This document shows positions 61,462 through 64,000 of a stretch of DNA of 64,000 nt, piece by piece. The notes beneath the pieces are model-generated. The model ran no database searches, was not told where the DNA came from, and saw only the letters and a list, made by a program, of their open reading frames with translations. Origin of the DNA: Mustelus asterias (lineage: Eukaryota); contig NW_027590179.1 of assembly GCF_964213995.1 (NCBI RefSeq), positions 62,001 to 126,000 on the forward strand, given 5' to 3'. Within the stretch, counting starts at the first letter, position 1. Every line of letters starts with the position of its first letter. The translations under genes and the position numbers were made by a program.

Positions 61462-61655
61462 GGCCCCGCCCCTCATTCACTCCTATTGGTTGGAAGACCA
61501 GCCGCTCCAGCTCGGTCCTCCAGCCCCGCCCCTCATTCACTCCGATTGGTTGGAGGACCAGCCGCTCCAGCTCGGTCCTCCAGCCCCGCCTCTCATTCAC
61601 TCCGATTGGTTGGAGGACCAGCCGCTCCCGCTCGGTCCTCCAGCCCCGCCCCCTC
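61462..61655 (+). repeat. 60-bp tandem repeat x3 (GC box plus ATTGG) in ZNF promoter
   Basis: ccccgcccctcattcactccgattggttggaggaccagccgctccagctcggtcctccag. Confidence 0.92.
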
Positions 61656-62474
61656 ACATTGTTCCGGAATCTCACTCTGCCGCTTCCGCCTTCACCCCCA
61701 GCAGCAACTTCAACCAAAGACCCAACTGGGAAAAGGTGAATATTTCCGCATGTTTAAAATCAGTCATAAAATCATTAAATATGATTTGTTGTTGTGAGCT
61801 GCATTATTTGTGAGAATGAGAGTGACGGAGTGGGATTGATCCACAGCCTGAGTCACCAGTTTAAGGACAGGAGGAGAGAGAATCTGGAGAGGACAAAAGA
61901 ATCAGGAGACTGCAGTGAGCATGGATCTGTCAATCAGCCTCAATCAGCACCTTCAGGAGAATTGGGAGGGTGAATATTAGATACAGCAGAGTGAGAATGG
62001 AGGGAGAGTGTGTGGGATGGAGATTCACAGCTTTTGGGGAATGAGAGAGAAAGAATGTTCCATAGAAACGAGAATTGTCTGTTCTGAATTTCTGTCCTGT
62101 ACTGACACTGATGACTTTTGTAAACTCATTTTACAGGATATTAAAAGAGGAATCACAGACCGAAATCTCAAACGTCACATCAGATCTGACAGAGTCATAT
62201 TCCTTGGGAGCTGAATATCATCGGCCTTTGAATCCAGAAGGACAAATGATTGTCCGGTCTGTCGATTTGAAAGGATTTCAAATGTCAGTGTGACTGGAAA
62301 AGGACCAACACGCTGCCACGCTCGGGTGAGGGTGTTAAAGAGCTTTAACCAGTTACACAGCCTGAATAAAGATCACACCATTAACAGCGGGGAGAGACTG
62401 CACTCGTGTTGTGTGTGTGTTAACGAGGCTTCAACTGATTGTCCACCAAAGAGAGAGGCAAGGACACATGCACC

Positions 62475-63483
62475 ATGGAGAAACCATGGAAATGTGGGGA
62501 CTGTGGGAAGAGATACAGATCCCCATCAGAGCTGGAAGTTCATCGGCGCAGTCACACTGGAGCGAGGCCATTCGCCTGTTCTCAGTGTGGGAAGGGATTC
62601 AGTGAAATATCCCACCTGCGGACACACCAGCGAGTTCACACTGGGGAGAGGCCGTTCACCTGCTCTCTGTGGGAAGGGATTCAGTCAGTTATCCAGCCTG
62701 CAGACACACCAGCGAGTTCACACTGGGGAGAGGCCGTTCACTTGCTCTCAGTGTGGGAAAGGATTCAGTCAATTATCCAACTTGCAGACACACCAACGAG
62801 TTCACACTGGGGAGAGACCGTTCACTTGCTCTCAGTGTGGGAAGGGATTCAGTCAGTTATCCAACCTGCGCAAACACCAGCGAGTTTGCACTGGGGAAAG
62901 GCCATTCACCTGCTCTCAGTGTGAGAAGGAATTCACTCATTTATCCAGCCTGCAGACACACCAGCGAGTTCACACTGGGGAGAGGCCATTCACCTGCCCT
63001 CAGTATGGGGAGGGATTCACTCAATCATCCAACCTGCAGACACACCAGCGAGTTCACACTGGGGAGAAACCATTCACTTGCTCTCAGTGTGGGAAGGGAG
63101 TCACTCAGTTATCGAGTCTGCGGACACACCTGCGAGTTCACACTGGGGAGAGACCATTCACCTGCTCTCAGTGTGGGAAGGGATTCAGTGATTCATCCAG
63201 CCTGCGGAGACATGAGCGAGTTCACACTGGGGAGAGGCCGTTCACCTGCTCTCAGTGTGGGAAGGAATTCACTCAGTTATCCAATCTGCGGACACACGAG
63301 CGTATTCACACTGGGGAGAAACCGTTCACCTGCTCTCAGTGTGGGAAGGGATTCACTGACTTATCCAACCTGTGCACACACCAGCGAGTTCACACTGGGG
63401 AGAGGCCGTTCACCTGCTCTCAGTGTGGAAAGGGTTTCAGAGTTTCAGCCCAGCTGCTGAGACACCAACAAGTTCACGAGTGA
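62475..63483 (+). pseudogene. 12-finger ZNF gene with a 2-nt frameshift at ~62668 (or assembly error)
   Basis: tgctctctgtggg versus consensus tgctctcagtgtggg; fingers split between ORFs 62439-62924 and 62290-63483. Confidence 0.75.
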
Positions 63484-64000
63484 TTCCAGGGGTTGGATTC
63501 TGCTGTTATTGTTTCTGCTCTCAATTACATCCAGGACTGCATTTTATTCATTCTCACAGTTAGTCAATGGGGAGGGTCGGAGGGTTTCTTTCTGCTGGAC
63601 TGGCCGGTCTCACGACATTGCCTCCAGTGGGCTGATGCTCTTTGAGTCTTGTTGCAAATACCTGGTTTCAAATTTCACAAGGATCACAGAGTGACCGGGT
63701 GTGAGGAAGTTCAGAGATATTTAGTCAGCATTTCTGTTTGAAACCTCCCCAAATGACCATCCAATTTCCTTTGTAATTGTTTATTGTCTCCATTTCCTCC
63801 ACCCTCGTAGGCAGCGAGTTCCAGGTCATCACCATTCACTGCATCAAAATATTCTTCCTCACATCCCCCCCTACATCTCTGACCCAAAACCATAAATCTG
63901 TGACCTCCTCGTCCTTGTCCCATCAGCCAATGGGAACGGATTTTCTTTGTCCACTTTATCTAAACCTGTCAGAATCTTGTCAGGAATGTGTAGCTGGAAA

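Noticed and set aside
62669-63460. Long alternative-frame ORFs over ZNF arrays ([14 protein letters not shown] repeats)
   Set aside because: Common shadow frames of C2H2 repeats; no independent evidence

Overview
Eukaryotic, repeat-rich genomic DNA, most likely from a shark (inferred from the HE1/V-type tRNA-derived SINEs and their CR1-clade LINE partners). The window is a cluster of tandem C2H2 zinc-finger genes on both strands with no recognisable KRAB, SCAN or BTB domain: about 7 open single-exon CDSs plus several pseudogenes and fragments. They are built from a duplicated cassette of CpG promoter, short 5' exons, a last exon whose 5' part is fossil zinc fingers, and a conserved 3' tail. 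Interspersed are one full-length two-ORF CR1 LINE, many truncated CR1/L2-type LINEs, many SINEs, a tRNA-Lys(CTT) variant, an LTR with a polypurine tract, Penelope-like minimal hammerhead motifs, and tandem and inverted repeats. Most notable: a phase-correct U_UUA_AAC slippery site at the CR1 ORF1/ORF2 junction; a fixed TGA 39 nt upstream of a Kozak ATG in five ZNF paralogs; a splice-spanning 18-codon uORF; and a conserved post-stop peptide frame. Repeat boundaries were read by eye and are approximate.
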